From: an uncultured Thermoplasmata archaeon
GTDB lineage: Archaea; Thermoplasmatota; Thermoplasmata; Lutacidiplasmatales; UBA184
Length of the DNA stretch: 64,000 nt
Reading direction: 5' to 3'
Assembly: GCA_963735185.1 (NCBI GenBank)
Contig: CAVTJV010000007.1
Coordinates: 1,151,009-1,215,008 of the forward strand
This document shows positions 63,392-64,000 of the stretch, one piece after another. The stretch's first letter is position 1. Each line of letters starts with the position of its first letter. The notes under the pieces were generated by a model. It worked only from the letters and a program-made list of their open reading frames with translations. It was not told the DNA's origin and searched no databases. Made by a program: the position numbers and the translations under genes.

Positions 63392-63988
63392 TCAGCCGTA
63401 GGCGCTCTTGATAAGGTAGTCCTTCAGCCGCGTGAGGCGGTCTTCCCAGAAGTGGAAATGCCAGGAGCGCGCCTCTTCCCAGGACTCGCTCGCGCCCCAT
63501 CCCTCGTGCTCGAGGGTGATGTCGACCCCCTCGGGGGACTCCTGCAGTCGCACGTAGACCTGGGTCCGGGGTTCGGGATGGTTCATCAAGCGCTCGAACG
63601 GCGGCGGGGCGAACCAGCTGAACCCGATGTCGAGGCCCGGCGTCATGCGCAGGATCCTTCCCGGGCTCGAGAACGGGGTCTCCCCTTTCCATGCGAGATG
63701 GTACGCCCCCCCGACCTCGGCGGTGACCTGGGCGTCGTCCGCGAGCCAGTTCTTGACCTGCGCCGGGTCGGTGAACGCGGCGTAGATCATCGGCACCGGC
63801 AGAGGAACCGTCACCTGGATGAGGATCGGGTCGAGGCCTTCGGAGATCACGATGCCGGCTCGGGCATCGTCAGCTAAAGAGTTTGCGCGAGGACCCCTTC
63901 CGACGTCTCGGGCCGACCCCAGAGAAGAAGATTCGGGTTTGGCCCCCCTCTTCCTGACCTGAGCCTTCCGGTGCGACGTAAACCGCAT
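63392..63988 (-). CDS. SRPBCC superfamily protein (AHSA1/Aha1-like START fold)
   Basis: ...I.V.V.LPVPMIYAAFTDPAQVKNWLA......E.GGAY.L.W.......G.IL...P.....F.W.........V.V.L.E...G...TLEH.GW is typical of the Aha1-domain family. The N-terminal 45 aa or so may be an over-extension. Confidence 0.75.
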   Translation of the reverse strand: MRFTSHRKAQVRKRGAKPESSSLGSARDVGRGPRANSLADDARAGIVISEGLDPILIQVTVPLPVPMIYAAFTDPAQVKNWLADDAQVTAEVGGAYHLAWKGETPFSSPGRILRMTPGLDIGFSWFAPPPFERLMNHPEPRTQVYVRLQESPEGVDITLEHEGWGASESWEEARSWHFHFWEDRLTRLKDYLIKSAYG

Positions 63989-64000
63989 TAAGGAGGGGAA

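Noticed and set aside
1-64000. Search by eye for CRISPR arrays, tandem repeats, IS elements, transposases, integrases, rRNA genes and known defence genes (Cas, restriction-modification, toxin-antitoxin pairs).
   Set aside because: I found no regularly spaced direct repeats, no transposase or integrase-like translations and no rRNA-like stretches. The nucleotidyltransferase at 23771..24616 has no adjacent HEPN-type partner, so it was not called a toxin-antitoxin module. A computational repeat search would be needed to be definitive.

Overview
The window is a high-GC archaeal chromosomal segment. Hand-counted 60-nt samples give about 67-73% GC. It is densely packed with about 65 genes on both strands, most of them housekeeping genes. 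The gene content is of euryarchaeal type: RadB, aEF-2, family-B DNA polymerase, RpoP, eL43, exosome, proteasome alpha and a two-subunit 2-oxoacid:ferredoxin oxidoreductase.

Recognisable blocks:
- SRP19 and a GPN-loop GTPase.
- ADP-forming acetyl-CoA synthetase followed by korAB.
- pyrC and purM, divergently arranged.
- udg followed by polB.
- The S12-S7-EF2 str cluster.
- ogt, radB and RNase J in tandem.
- The conserved exosome 'superoperon': psmA-SBDS-rrp4-rrp41-rrp42-rpl37ae-rpoP.
- glyS, purQ, trm1, an Lhr-type helicase, and larE-uvrB.
- An iron/B12-type ABC importer.
- One intron-containing tRNA-Trp(CCA).
- A lower-GC islet directly after the tRNA.
- Two MOP-type flippases and an ABC-2 exporter.
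- aSUI1, a rhodanese and a GcvH-like/TusA-like fusion.

I saw no rRNA, CRISPR array, transposase, integrase or obvious defence system.

The most striking sequence-level observation is that five motif-intact essential genes (purM, polB, purQ, lhr, sui1) are each interrupted by a net -1 nt frame break. Two of the breaks can be pinned to homopolymers. In addition, trm1 lacks a start codon for its conserved N-terminus. This looks like systematic indel error in the assembly rather than biology, but it needs read-level confirmation.

I did not find a convincing novel multi-gene system. The best candidates for follow-up are several uncharacterised or unusually fused proteins and a few structured non-coding elements:
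- a small protein with a ribosomal-stalk-like tail;
- an ABC ATPase with an extra Rossmann-like domain;
- the GcvH(K->R)-TusA fusion next to the rhodanese;
- a degenerate TraB paralogue coupled to an HTH regulator;
- the tRNA-Trp intron;
- a 17-bp hairpin upstream of the ABC-2 operon.

Many long ORFs in the six-frame track are antisense or overlapping artefacts of the high GC content and were not called.
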